Below are positions 1-13,300 of a stretch of 64,000 bases of DNA, in pieces. Where the stretch lies: contig OZ024740.1 of the NCBI GenBank assembly GCA_964016885.1, positions 156,364,001-156,428,000 of the forward strand, in the 5' to 3' direction. Within the stretch, counting starts at the first letter, position 1, and the number at the start of each line of letters is the position of its first letter. Both the position numbers and the translations under genes were made by a program. The DNA is from Eledone cirrhosa (Eukaryota). The notes under the pieces are model-generated. The model saw only the letters and a program-made list of their open reading frames with translations, searched no databases and was not told the origin of the DNA.

Positions 1-2604
1 CAACAGGCGCATGACCAGAGTAGGCCCACTCACACGGGCCATTCTCTCCACATTCACTCACCTTTCAGCAAATGTACTGGGGGGTGGGGGCAGCCCTTCT
101 CTCTCCACTCTCACCTGCCTTTCCAAGTGAAACTTGAAAAAGTTGATGAGGGATTGGCCGAAGAGAAAAGTGTCTGTCTTCAGTCCTTTCAACCTCGTCC
201 ACCATACAACCTCTTTCACTACTGCCACCAGACAGGAAAATTGCCTGCCCTTCCTGACCAAAAGAAGGCGGCGGATCGATCTTCATTATGGACTCGGCCG
301 ATAGCCGGATTCGTTCCACACGCGACAACAGCTGTTCGACATAACTCCACAAGTCAGTAATGCACGGACACTGGACGAGTGCGCGCAGAACGGTTTCGTC
401 GCTCTGCGCACATCTCGGGCAGGTCCGTCTGACAGCACTTCCGTGCCTGTAGAGTTTATCTCGAACCGGCAGTGCCCCCCGGTAGCACTGCCAAGCGGCG
501 GATTTCTGGAAATTATCTATCGTCCCGACTCGAAAGTCCTCCGGAACAGACTGGTTAGTTCGACTTTGTCGACTCCCAGAGCCTCTCCGAGTGCGTCGTC
601 GCACTTGCCCACCACTAATCCTCTATAGAACTCGAGGATTAGTGAGACTGGGTGAGACTGGCTACCCTGCCCGTCACCTCGTCCCAATTCTTATCCACCT
701 GGCGGTCTGACCCGTACCAAATCCCGAGAAACTTTACCGGTCCGTCCGTCCAGCGCCTAACGACGCTGTTGGACAGCATGAACTTGCCTCTCCAGGTGCC
801 GAGTTGCAAGCCCACCGACTTTTCCGGGTTAAGTTTTGCTCCCGTCAACCTTTCATATTCCTCCAATAAGTTGCCGACCACCTCGATTTCTGAGGTGTCC
901 GACACCATCACGGTGATGTCGTCCGCATAAGCCGACACAGCCTTTCCGCGTCCCGGTTCGAGCGGGATGCCCTGTAACAGCTCCAGCTTTCGCAGTAAAG
1001 GCTCGAGAGTCAATACGTACAGAAGGGAGGAGAGAGGGCACACTTGATGGACCGATCGGGAGACCTAAAACGATTCCGAGAGGTGGCCATTCATGTTGAC
1101 CACCGAGCAGGTGCCGCTGTGCATTGCAGCGATCCAGCTTCTGAAGATAGGGCCGTAGCCAGCCGCCTTGAGGACAGCCTCCAGGTACCGATGGTCGACT
1201 CTATCGAATGCTTTCGATTGATCTAAATTGATCAGAGCCCCACCGAAGCCAGGTTTACACCCTACGCTCTCTATGATGTATCTCACCAGGTGGAGGTTGT
1301 CGCGTATGGACCTGGTTGGGATTGCGCAAGTTTGCGCCTCACCAACTAAATCCCCGACGACAAGCGCCAACCTCTTCACTAAAACCCTGGCCAAAATCTT
1401 AAACTCTGTGTTAAGCAGAGTTATGGGCCTGAAATTGTCTAATGTGTCTCTCTCTTGTTCTCGTCTTTCCTTATCAGTGTCACTACGCACCAGCTCACAG
1501 AACTGGGAATGCTCTCGTTCTGCTGCCAATTGCAGTAGAGGGCTTCGAGGAGATTGGAGAACAAGTCTGGCATATTTACGTAAACTCGTAGGGTAGACCA
1601 TCCAAACCGAGTGACTTGCGCCTCGTGCAGCATACAAGGGCATCCTGAATCTCGGCTGAAGTAATCAGCCTTTCGCAGCGCCCAGCCTCGGCCGTCGAGA
1701 GTTGCGGCAAGCCATCGAGGTAAGGACTGAAGTCCGCCATCGCTTCTGACCCGCCACTTCCTCCGAACAACCTAGCAAAATGTTGGCGAAAGGCCTCACA
1801 CATCCGCTTGGAATCGCTCAGCTCGTGTCCATCTCGGTCCGTCAAAGACCGAATCGTGGTTTTATTACCACGCTGCGTCTTATCTATGCGTCTTATCTAG
1901 GTCGACTATACAGATCTCAAACTTGTGATCTGAATAGGCGACCGTTTTAAAACGTGGACAGCTTACACTATTTCTGTCTATTTTCCTAATGAATATCCTG
2001 TCTATATACGATCTAGATGACCCTATGCGGTTAGCCCAGGTCCACACTGGCGTATTAGGGAAATCTAGTCGGTACCTGTCAGACAGTTGGAACTGGCTGA
2101 TCAGGTTCTTGAGGCTTTTGCACGCCCCGCTCCTATCGGATACTCTCACACAGTCCCAGCGTGCGTCTAAGATGCCGTTCCAGTCCTCCGCTAACAGTAA
2201 AGGGCGAGACGTACCCAGAAAGACTTCCAGGCGTCTAAAGAAGTCCGGCCGTCCTGCACCAGTATGGGCGTAGACGGCCACCAGTCTAAAGGCACCAGCT
2301 TCGTTATTGTTCACGTCCAGGACCACTAACTTCCCGTCCGGGTCCCGGAAGATCGACCTTACCTCGAGATCCAGGCCTTTCCTAAACAACACTGCCACCC
2401 ACCTCCCATTCCTGGTCGACTAACAGATGCAAAGATCTGATAGTCGTCGAAAATTAGGGCTAGTGCGCGCGTGTCGGAAATCCTGGTCTCGCTGACGGCA
2501 ATTACATCCATTTCTAGAGACCTGAGGTCGTTGAGCAGGTGACCCTGCTTCCAGGACGATCCCAGGCCTCGAACATCTAAACTTCCTACTCTTAATACGG
2601 CCAT
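1..2604 (-). pseudogene. ORF2 (APE endonuclease-RT-zinc finger) of Tx1 copy A, frameshifted with internal deletions
   Basis: ORF pieces 2359-2604, 1880-2398, 1576-1845, 1065-1643, 639-1043 and 65-604 are colinear with the intact ORF2 at 24554-27991. Segments are missing near 1875 and 640. Confidence 0.9.
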
Positions 2605-2639
2605 GTTGGCAGGTTAAAAGAGAGAGAGGAAAGGTTTAC

Positions 2640-4551
2640 TTACCTTCCGGGTTCCATAGTTGGTGGGGTTTCTTTTGGTAACCCCTTTAAAAGTCTTTAA
2701 GTGGGTTTTATGTTCGGGGTTCCCACGTCCCGAGGAAAGCTGTCTCGTATCTCTTTGTATAAATCGAGCGACACGCGAAATGTGCTCGATTTAAAAATTT
2801 TCCCCTCTTTTTGTATATTTTCACTTCGTTCCTTGTTGGCCCCCCTGACGAGCATGAAGTTTTGTATGTTTTGTTGGTGTGATTTTATTTGTTTGCGTGG
2901 CTGTGGTGGTGATTGTTTTGGTGGTGTTGTTTCGGTTGTGAGTGCGGTGTCTGTGGTTTCAGATGCTTGTGTGTGTATTTGTTCTTGCGTCTGTTTAGGT
3001 TGTTTGCGTTTGGGGGATTCTGGTGATGGAGATGGGGATGGGGATGTTGATGTTGGTGTTATTGGAGAGATGTTTGCGTGGGTGGTGTCTGCATTTTTTA
3101 TTGTGGGTGATTTTGTGCTTTGTTGAGTTTTGTTTTCCTTTTTGAGTTTCCTTTTTTGTATTTTGGGGGATTTTGGTTTCCCCTCATCTTCATTACTGGT
3201 AGATAAGGGGTCTGTGTCTGTAAGTGTGTCTGTGTATGTGTTTATGTTTATATTGATGTGTGTATTTTTTTTGAGGGGGGGGGGGGGGGGAATTTGACAA
3301 CTTTCCTCGTTTCCCCCATGGGTGGTCAATGTTGGTGGTGGTCTTTCTATTGGTGTCGTTGTTGGTGGTTTTGCCGGTGCTGGTGTTGGTTGTGGTCCTC
3401 GCCTCGGCGTCGGCAGCAGTGGAGCCGTTCAACCCCTTGCATCTTTCCGCAGTTGAAGACAGAAGGCTCGCAAATGGGTTATTCCCCCACAAACAAAACA
3501 ATGCCGCTTTTTGGCCTCGGTCATAATATGAATGACCGTCCCATTCTGAAGGCGGATGTGGTCCGGGATTGTCTTCACATTCTCGGGCCTGATCTGGAGA
3601 AGTATCTCCAGGTCAACCCCGGACCAGTCCTTTCTGGCCGTTCTTGCCACTTCTATCGGGACGGTATCCGTCTTCTCCACAATCACACATCCCAAAAGCC
3701 ACCACATGTCAAGTCCTGGTGGGATTCTGGGAATGCGGAGACGGGCCGTTATTTTTCCCATGTGGGAGGGGTACATTATGACCTTGCTGGTTTTGCAAGG
3801 AGTCATAGCGTGTTTCATAGCGAGGGCTTCTGACTTGAATAGCACCGAAATGGTGCCGTACTGTCTGCCCCTCGCTATGTATTCGGTGTCATCTCTGATG
3901 CACCTCAGCGCGGCTTCGGCATCTGCTTGTGGAATTAAAGCTGCCCTTTTGATTTGTGCTGAGATTCATCTATAATGCACCGTTCTGCGCTCCACTGCCT
4001 CAATAGCTTCTACCGGGACAGTTAAGAAGGCCCAGGTTTGCTCTTGCTTGATGAGCTTCCATGCCTGGGCCAACTTTTCATCTTTGTTTGAGAGGCCCAT
4101 GTTGAAGCATGGTCTCTTTTTTGCTGTTGCCGCTGCGAAAGTGTTCTTCTTGTTGTCGTTGGGGGTGTTGTTGTTGTTGTCGTTGTTCTTGTTGGTGTTG
4201 TTGTTATCACTGTCGCTGTTATCATTGTTGTCTTTGGTGCCGCCGTTGTTCTCGGTGCAATTGGTATTGTTGCTGTTGTTGTTGTCGCTATTTGTTTTCA
4301 TGTTAGTGGTGTTGATATTGATGTTGCATTTGTCATTTTTTTTGTTATCTGTATTTTCGTTTTCGCAGTTACTGTCATTTTTTTTCAAAATTAGAGTTCT
4401 CAGTGTTGTTATCATTGGTGTCTTTATTCACATTGTTTGTGGTGGTGTTTGTTGTATCAATTTCTGTCAATTTTGCCGTAGCACTCCTCTCAAATTTTAC
4501 GTTGTTGTCGCAAGACAGCAGACATATCGCTGAGGGGCGTGGCTCAGCCAT
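2640..4551 (-). pseudogene. ORF1 (gag-like, CCHC knuckle, Asn/Thr/Pro-rich) of Tx1 copy A, disrupted
   Basis: ATG at 4551. Fragments 3966-4415, 3429-3845 and 2697-3329 resemble ORF1 of copy C. Reading through the stop at 2697-2699 ends in ...MEPGR-TAA. Confidence 0.8.
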
Positions 4552-4778
4552 GTTTTTTTTTTTTTTTTTCGATAATTTTTTTTAAATGTAAAAGAGTTCA
4601 AATATTTAGGCCAAAAGGCCCAAATATTATTATTTCCCCTTCACAGGGCAAAAATCCAAGGGCTTGTATGCCTTATACAACAACAACAAATTCAATAAAT
4701 AAGTTTTGACAGGTAAATAAATAAACTTACGAGTGCGAGCAAAAAGACGTCCGTTCAGACTCAATAATAATAATAATA

Positions 4779-4895
4779 ATTGTTTCTACTTTTGGCACCA
4801 GGCCAGCAATTATCCCAGTGCATTACCGGTACTTTATTTTATCGACCCCGTAAGGATGAAAGGCAAAGTTAACCTCGGCGGGATTTGAACTCAGA
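4779..4895 (-). mobile_element. tRNA-derived SINE, 5'-truncated, flanked by (TAA)n on both sides
   Basis: Reverse complement of the 5810-6000 element from the B box to the tail. Confidence 0.85.
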
Positions 4896-4900
4896 TCATA

Positions 4901-4960
<60 letters not shown>

Positions 4961-5809
4961 GAAGAAGACGCACGAGGTGGTAGAAGGTCATGAAATCGCT
5001 CCCGTAAGATTTTGATTTTTAACATATTTAAATCAATTGTGAAATAACAATTCTTAGTACAAATGTTGCATGAACCACCGAATGAGGTCCCATAAAGTTT
5101 CGGATCCATATTATATTGTTGTATCGCTCAAATATTCAATTTTGTATTATATATTTTGTATTCAAAAAAAGAAAATGGTTATAAATGGAAGAAAACACCC
5201 TCTGTCTACACTATATAGAACAGCCAAATAACAGCAATTTCACCAACACCAGAAACTTGATACACCACCTATCCCATCACACTAAATATAACAGCCAGAT
5301 AACGGCAATTTCACCAGCATCATAATAATAATTACTATTATTATTGTCTCAAATTAAAAAAAAAATGTTTAATTCCAATTTTACGGGAATATGTCAACAC
5401 AATATATAATAAAAATATATATTAAACATACGAACACAAACTCATAGATACTACATAGCAGTAACCACAACGCCACCGCTGCCACCACCCCACCCCATCC
5501 ATCATTGCTACCACTATCCCATCGCCGCCGCCACCACTCCTTCATTGCTACCACCACTATTCCCCTGTTAACTTGAGAGAGAAAGGGGAAGGTGGCGGTA
5601 TCACTAGACAAGGGAGAGGCTAGCAAAAGATATAAATAGATTGACTTAGTGACCTGGCCACCGGCCAAACGTCAACATCAACAACTATGGGACTGCTGGC
5701 TCACCCCTTCCTCACCAACAATATAAAAAGCCCCGGCACCACCACCGACATAGCCAACAACAATAACAGCCAACTACAACAAAAAGTATATTATATTATT
5801 GTAATGCAG

Positions 5810-6052
5810 GGCGGTGAATTGGCAGTATCGGTAGAGGGTCGGACGCCATGCTTTGCAGCAAAGAGTTACAGCCCTTTATGGTCTGAGTTCAAATCCCGCC
5901 AAGGTTAACTTTGCCTTTCATCCTTACGGGGTCGATAAAATAAAGTACCAGTAATGTACTGGATAATTGCTGGCCTTGTGCCAAAAGTAGAAACAATTAT
6001 TGTAATGCACTGGGTGATTGCTGGCCTTGTGCCTGGAGTGGAGACAATTATT
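5810..6052 (+). mobile_element. Full-length tRNA-derived SINE with a duplicated 3' end (6002-6052)
   Basis: Pol III A box TGGCAGTATCGG and B box GAGTTCAAATCC; ends AGAAACAATTAT; about 10 related copies in the window. Confidence 0.85.
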
Positions 6053-6058
6053 AATAAT

Positions 6059-9000
6059 TTCATTCTTAAGCCACGCAATGCTCACATTAAGGAACCACTC
6101 ATGATAATAACAATTTAAAAAAACAACAAAAAGAAAACCCCGTGACCAAGAAATACCGGGTTGGCGGCCGGCGGGGAATAGCCGTGTCTCTAGGGGAGAA
6201 CGACCCCTCTAGTCTTGGTTGACACTCGTTCTAGAAGTGGTTGGTAACACGAAATGCTTACCCCTTGGCGGATAAGGATAAAACGCGACAAAATAAAGTA
6301 AATGTCTAATGATAAAATCTCATACCGGATCGGCCGTCACCCGGGTCAAAAAGGGCCGCGTCCCTCAGAGAGGAACCAGACTGGGGTCGAAAAATCAGCT
6401 AATGGTTCAAACCTTCCCATCACTTCGGAGCTGGAGACCTCCCATAACCGGAATACTCCTACTGTTGGCCCTCCATGCTCACCACCAAGAAATCCAAAGA
6501 AAAAGAGAGAAAAATGGTCAAGGGAAGATAATAAAGAAGTCCTTGAGGCTTTCTACACTGCCATGTACTACCCATCAAATACATCGAATACAGAATAGAC
6601 ATATATCAACTGGAAAAAGAAACATCCCGAAAACAGAGGCTATATTAACAGTAACAAACTAGCCAATATACGAAGAAATATTGTAAGCAAAAGTTACTAA
6701 CTGATATAGAAATTGATCAGATCAAGCTATTAGCACAAAGTCAGCGAAGGGAAAATGAAACATGTGTCAGTGAAAACGATGTAAACTGTAACACTTCGAA
6801 TCCCAGGGTTGGGGCGGAATCACTGGCAACAGAACAAATTAAAGAAAGGATCGAAAAAGTGGAGGGAGTGCATGCTCAGGATGAAACTCCAAATGAAAAT
6901 AATGAGATCGTAAATGATAGAGAAATGAATGAGAATGAACTTGCCAACTTGAAGGATGAAATTATGATCGAATGGATGAAAATGAAAGAATCTGACATGG
7001 GGCAACGAGACACCCTCCCTAAGATCCAGAACTCCAAACAGAACCAAAAGATAATACACAAGACTAACATAATTCTCAAAAACATTATCATCACAAACAA
7101 ACTAAACATTACTGATTTAAATCATCTCTATTATGCATCGGCTAAAGTCACCACTCACTTATGTGGAGTGAAGATGAAAAAACAAAGGAATTCCCACAAG
7201 AAATCTACTTGGCAAGAGAACATCAATCGCCAAATAAACCTTCTCCGATCTGACATAGAAATTTTAACAAACTATAAAGTAGGTGAACATGTTAAACAAA
7301 CTAAACTTAGAAAATTGAAAAAAAAGTACAGTATAAAATCAACATGTGACATAGATATGCTGATAGAAATAATCAAGCAAAAAGTGTCGGCCAAAACTGC
7401 TCGTATAAGGCGCTTTGAAAAACGATCTAGATTCTATAAGGACAATAATATGTTCAAAAACAACCAAAGAAACTTCTACAGAAAAATTGGTAAGTCAACA
7501 ATAACTGCTAAATCAATACCACCCAAGGAGGAAGTGCAAGAATTCTGGGAAAAGATCTGGGCCGAAGAAAAAGTTCATAACATACATGCCCCATGGATAG
7601 ACAGACAAATGAAAGATACAGCTCACCTTGAGGAACAAACATGGGAAAATATAACAGTTGAACAGTTGCGCTTGGCTCTAAGAAGAACCAGCAAATGGAA
7701 ATCCCCAGGAAAAGACAAAATACAAAACTTTTGGATAAATGCCTTCACAGAGTCTCATGAGCTGTTAGCCCAACTTTACAATGAAATAGTTAAGGAGCCA
7801 GAAAAGATGCCATCATGGCTAGTTAACGGCATTACATTCCTGCTTCCGAAGAATGATGAGACAAACAATCCCAAAAATTACAGACCGATAACTTGCTTGA
7901 CCACAATGTATAAAATTTTAACATCAGTCCTAACTGAATACACATATGACCACCTGATAACAAATGACCTATTTCCCATTGAGCAGAAAGGGTGTAAACG
8001 AGGCTCATATGGCTGTAAGGATCAGCTTCTGGTTAACAAAATGATACTGGAAGATTGTCATAATAGACACAAAAATCTATCGATTGCTTGGATAGATTAT
8101 AAAAAAGCATTCGATAGTTTGCGACACAGTTGGATTGAAAAATGTTTAGAGATTTTCAAAATATCCCCCGTTGTCAGGAGGTTTTTGTCATTCAGTATGA
8201 AGACATGGAAAACGACACTCCTTTTGAATAGTGAAACAAAATCACTGGAAGCTGGAGAAGTTAATATTAATTGTGGAATTTTTCAGGGTGACTCTTTATC
8301 ACCGCTTTTATTCTGCATCGCACTTATACCATTAAGTAAAATGCTCAATGAAACAAAACATGGATATAAAGTCTATGACAAAACCATTAATCACTTGTTC
8401 TACATGGACGACCTGAAACCATTTGAAAAAAATGATGAACAATTGCAAGGGCTATTATCCACTGTGGAGCAGTTCAGTGATGACATTAAAATGGAGTTTG
8501 GACTAGATAAATGCGCCAAAGCAACGTTCACCAGAGGAAAGCTGCTGAAGAGTTAAGACATTAATCTTGATCGCGGGAACGTGATAAGAGAACTTGATCA
8601 AGAAAAAACTTACAAATATCTAGGTGTTTGTGAAGGAGACGGAATCAAGCACTCGACAATGAGGGAAAGGATAAGGAAGGAATGTTACCGCAGAGTAAGA
8701 GCAATCTTAAGAACGGAATTGAATGCAAGGAATAGGATCTATGCCATAAACACGCTTGCCATACCAGTAGTAACCTACAGTTACAATGTCATCAACTGGT
8801 CAAGCACAGAGATCCGTAGGCTCGATACAAAAATTCGAAAATTCTTAACCATTCACAGAATGCATCACCCTAAGGCAGATATAGAGAGAATATATCTCCC
8901 TAGGAAAGAAGGAGGACGTGGGTTAATGCAGTTAGACATTGCGTTGAAAACTGCAACAATTGGATTATCTACATATCTAAGGGAATCACATAATTGGATG

Positions 9001-10094
9001 ATCAAACTCGTTTTGAAACACGAAAGCATCAAAAGATCATATTCCATTACAAAAGATGCACAAAGATACAGTAATGGACTACAAATTTCAGAAGTCCCAT
9101 TTACTGCTGAAATGGAAAACACAGAAAAAGCAAAGCAGGTAAAAGTAACTTCAAAGAAAGAACTGCTACAGAAACTGGCTAAGAAATGGCAAGAAAAGCC
9201 TCTGTATGGAAAATACCCAGAGCGAGCTAACAATCCTGATGTTGACAAAACTTTAACCCATCAGTGGTTGGCATCCTCTGGACTGAAATCGGAGACTGAA
9301 GGACTGATTATATCGGCACAAGATCAGTGTCTGCCAACAAAAAATTACCAAGCCAACATAATAAAAAATGGGTGCAGCCCATTATGCCGTGTATGCAAAA
9401 CCAACCAGAGACCATTGACCATATAATTTCAATGTGCAGTCCTATAGCTCCAACCGAATACCTAAACAGGCATGACAGAGCTGCACAATACATACATTGG
9501 ATACTGTGTAAGCATTTTGACCTGCCCCATCAAAAGAATTGGTGGGAGCATCAACCACCTCCCATACTTGAAAAAGATCACATCTCAATCTTGTGGAACT
9601 TTAGCATCCAAACAGACCGAAAAATAGATGCAAATAGACCTGATATAATATTGAAGGACTTTCAAAAGAGGGTATGCCTGCTAATTGATATGTCTGTTCC
9701 AATAGACAAGAATGTATCTATAAAAACATTTTAAAAATTGAGCAAGTATAAGGACCTGGAGATGGAAATTGGAAAAATGTGGAAATTGAGAACTAAAACA
9801 ATACCAATGGTTGTAGGCGCTCTGGGAATGATACCTAAGGGGTCTAATGATTACTTATCGCAAATCCCAGGAAACCCGCGTATAGGAGAAATACAAAAGA
9901 TAGTACTAATGGGAACTGCCCATATACTAAGGAAGATTCTGTCAATATAAGTACATCACAAGTCTAAACACTAAAGATGCATGTGTGAATATGTATGTTC
10001 TTTCTTGAACATGGCGGACCTTGTTGTCTCTTGAGGTCACTGGTTGTGACTTGGTGATAACTCGTATGAACATAAAGCAAGATAAATGCAACTG
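6059..10094 (+). mobile_element. R4/Dong-type RLE non-LTR retrotransposon copy 1 ending in (TAA)n
   Basis: One long, broken ORF with RT (YRPITCL, GIFQGDSLSP, YMDD), a CCHC finger (CRVC..ETIDHIISMC) and a PD-(D/E)xK-type RLE nuclease (NRPDII..LIDMSVP). (TAA)n starts at 10095. Confidence 0.92.
6302..9950 (+). pseudogene. RT-RLE polyprotein of Dong-like copy 1, with several stops and frameshifts
   Basis: Stops at 6596, 8554 and 9732; frameshifts near 6695 and 9400; pieces colinear with ORF 15048-18296. Confidence 0.88.
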
Positions 10095-10119
10095 TAATAA
10101 TAATAATAATAATAATAAT

Positions 10120-10308
10120 AATTGTTTCTACTTTGGGCACAAGGCCAGCAATTACCCAGTACATTACTGGTACTTTATTTTATCGACCCCGTAAGGCTGA
10201 AAGGCAAAGTTAACCTTGGCGGGATTTGAACTCAGAATGACAAGGGCCATAACTCTGTGCGTCAAAGCATGGCGTCCGACCCTCTACCGATACTGCCAAT
10301 CCACTGCC
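10120..10308 (-). mobile_element. Full-length tRNA-derived SINE embedded in (TAA)n
   Basis: Reverse complement of the 5810-6000 element, with (TAA)n on both flanks. Confidence 0.88.
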
Positions 10309-10320
10309 AATAATAATAAT

Positions 10321-13300
10321 GATTTCTTTATTAACCACAAGGGTTTACATAAAGTAGACATTAAGGACAGTACAGGACAATACAGGACGGTACAAATGGG
10401 CATTTCTGCGTGTAAAAAAAACAAAAACAGGATGTAACAAAAATATAACAATGAAAAATTCCCCAATACGGGGGAGACTTCCGAGGGTCATTCGTGGAGA
10501 AAGCCCATTAAAAGGCCACAGTGACCCTGACCACAAGGGCAAGTGCCCTCTCCCAGTTTTCCACCTTCAATTTACAGGCATATACTCAGAGTAGGCCCAT
10601 TCACTCGGGCCATTCTTGCCTCTCTCACCCATCTTTCAACAAAATGCTGGGAAGAGAGCACTTCCCTCTCTACCCTGATTTTTGAAATTTGAAAAAGATA
10701 ATCAGGGCATCAACGAAGAGGTAAGTGCTCGTCTTCATCCCTTTCAAACGTGTCCACCATACTATCTCTTTCGCCATGGCCACCAGACATAAAAACTGCT
10801 TGCCCTTCCCGGCTAAAGGAAGAACGCGGGGCATCCTCACGATGGACTCAGCTGATAGCTGGATCCGTCCTATACGCGACAGCAGGTGTTCGATATAAAC
10901 CCACAAGTCAACAATGTTAGGACACTGAACGAGTGCGTGCAGGACGGTTTCGTTGCCCTACGCGCATCTCGGACATGCCCGGCTGACGGCACCTCCATGC
11001 ATGTAGAGTTTATCCCGAAGTGGCAAGGCTCCTCGGTAGCACTGCCAGGCCAGGGATTTCTGGAAGTTGTCCATAGGCCCCGGCCCGAAAGTTTTTCCGA
11101 AGAGATTGGCTAGTTGATTTTCGTCGACGCCTAGAGTTTCCCCAAGTACGTCGTCGCTCTTCCCCTCCATTAATCCTTTATAGAACGCCAAGGTGGAGTT
11201 TCCACCGTTCACATTGCCCGATTGGTCGAGGGCTGTGAGCGCCTGAAGACATTCCAGTCTCCAAGCACTCCCTATCGGTCTTCGCTTGACCCAGGACTGC
11301 AGCTCCGTCAAGGAGAAGAGCTGGGGAAACGCGTCTAGTAAACGGCGACCACACCTGATCACCGTCGAGGAAGAGGTGGAGATGTCGTAGCCTGAGCGCG
11401 TGTCTGCGCGTCATCAGCCACAGCATTCCCAGCCCTCCACGTAGCGGGTGTTGACAGCAGATGGACCGCCTGACCATCGGAGCGCGCCCTTCCACAAAAA
11501 GCGAAAGAGCAAACACTCCAGCGCAGTAAGGTGGGGCTTAGAACAAGGTACGACGGTCAGGCGGTAGTAGATGACGGACGCGATGTACGCGTTAGCCACC
11601 TCCGCTCGACCTTTCATGGATAGCTTCCTCTCCGCCCATTTCTGGGTGAGAGAAGCCACCCTGCTCGTCACTTCGTCCCAGTTTTTGTCCGTCTGGAAGT
11701 CCGGACCGAACCAGACCCCTAGCAATTTAACCGGTCCGTCCGTCCAGCGCCCGACGACGCTGTTGGACGGCATGGACCTGTCTCTCCAGGTGCCGAGCTG
11801 CAGGCCCACTGACTTTTCCTGGTTGATCATTGCTCCTCACACCGCTTCGTATTTTCTTAGTGCAGTGCCGATCGCCTCGATGTGTTTGGCGTTCGACACC
11901 ACTACGGTGACATCGTCCGCATATGCTGACACGGATCTTCCGTATCCTAGTTCGCGCGGGATCCCCCTCAACGTCTCCAGTTTGTGCAGTAATGGCTCGA
12001 GAGTCAATACGTACAAGAGGGACGAGAGGGGACATCCTTGGCGAAGCGAGCGCATGATGTTGAACGGTTCCGAAAGGTGACCATTCACTCTCACCACAGA
12101 GCAGATGTCGCTGTGCATGGCAGCGGTCCAGCCTCTGAAGACGGGCCCAAAGCCAGCCGCCCTCAGGACTGCCGCTAGTTAACGATTTTCGACCCTATCG
12201 AAAGCTTTCGACTGATCTAAATTGATCAAGGACCCACCCGTGCCAGGTTCCCTAGCCACCCTCTCCACGATGTATCGCATGAGGTGGAGGTTGTCGTGGA
12301 TGGATCTGTCGGGAATGGCGCATGTCTGCGCCTCTCCTACCAGACCACCAACGACAAGCGCCAACCTCTTGCTAGCACCTTGGCCAAAATCTTGAACTCT
12401 GTGTTTAGCAGAGTTATGGGCCTGAAATTATCTGTTATCCCCCTTGTTTGGATCCTTTCTCAGCAGCGCCACCGCTCCTCGGCTCACAGAGCTGGGATTT
12501 CTCCCGTTCTGTTGCCAGTTGCAGTAGACGTCCGCCAAGAGGCCTCCGAACAAGTCTGGCATCTGTACGTAAAGTTCATAGGGCAGACCATCCAAACCAG
12601 GCGATTTACCCCTTACTGTGCAGCCAGTCATTGCCTCCCATACTTCAGCTGCTGTTTCGGCTTTTCGCAACACTCTGCCTCAGTGGCCGAGAGCCGCGGC
12701 AGTCCGTCGAGGTAGACACTAAAGTCCATCCCTCGATCCAGCCCGCCGCTGCCCTCGACCAGCTGAGCGAAGTGTCGCTGAAAAGCTTCATACATTTGCC
12801 CGGGATCGAGTAGCATGCGCCCGTCGTGGTCCACTAGAGACCGGATCGTGGCTTTGTTGCCACGACGTGCCTCCGCCACTCGGGTCCATTGAACGGCTTT
12901 CGTCCCTTCGTGTCTGAGAGCACGCATCCTAGCTCTGAAAACGCAGCCTTCGTGCTTTGCATTGAAGAATTGGTCAAGGGCCAATTTCGCCGCAAGTACG
13001 TCGGTCGCGATGCCTTTGCTAAGCGCCTCGTCTAATTTTCTAACTAGTTCTCCCTCTGCTCTATTTTTCTCTATTTATTGCTAAAACCTTACTAAACCTA
13101 ATGGACTCCGTTCTAATCGCTCTTTTCAGAGCAAACCACCACTTGTTGTTGACGATGGCCCCCGTCAACGCCCGCTTAACTAGTTCGCTAATCCGGTCTC
13201 TGTTGGCCTTGCGCGCTGGTAAGGACGCGTTTAGCTTCCAGTAGCTGGGTCCTTGTCCATGAAGCCTATCTAAGTCAACCACACAGATCAGGAATTTGTG

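Larger units (their letters stand above)
1..4762 (-). mobile_element. Tx1/L1-clade LINE copy A, degenerate; 3' UTR lies beyond the window start
   Basis: Minus-strand ORF fragments give ORF1 with a CCHC knuckle (CFVCGGITHLRAFC), an APE endonuclease (LRVGSLDVRGL, SETRI, YSDHK), RT (FRPITLLNTE, DQSKAFDRVDH, AYADD) and a C-terminal CPRC finger. The 5' end abuts (TAA)n at 4763. Confidence 0.93.

Noticed and set aside
2701-4533. Hydrophobic or Cys-rich plus-strand ORFs (also 14099-14605 and 32580-33038)
   Set aside because: Antisense shadows of low-complexity LINE ORF1 sequence.
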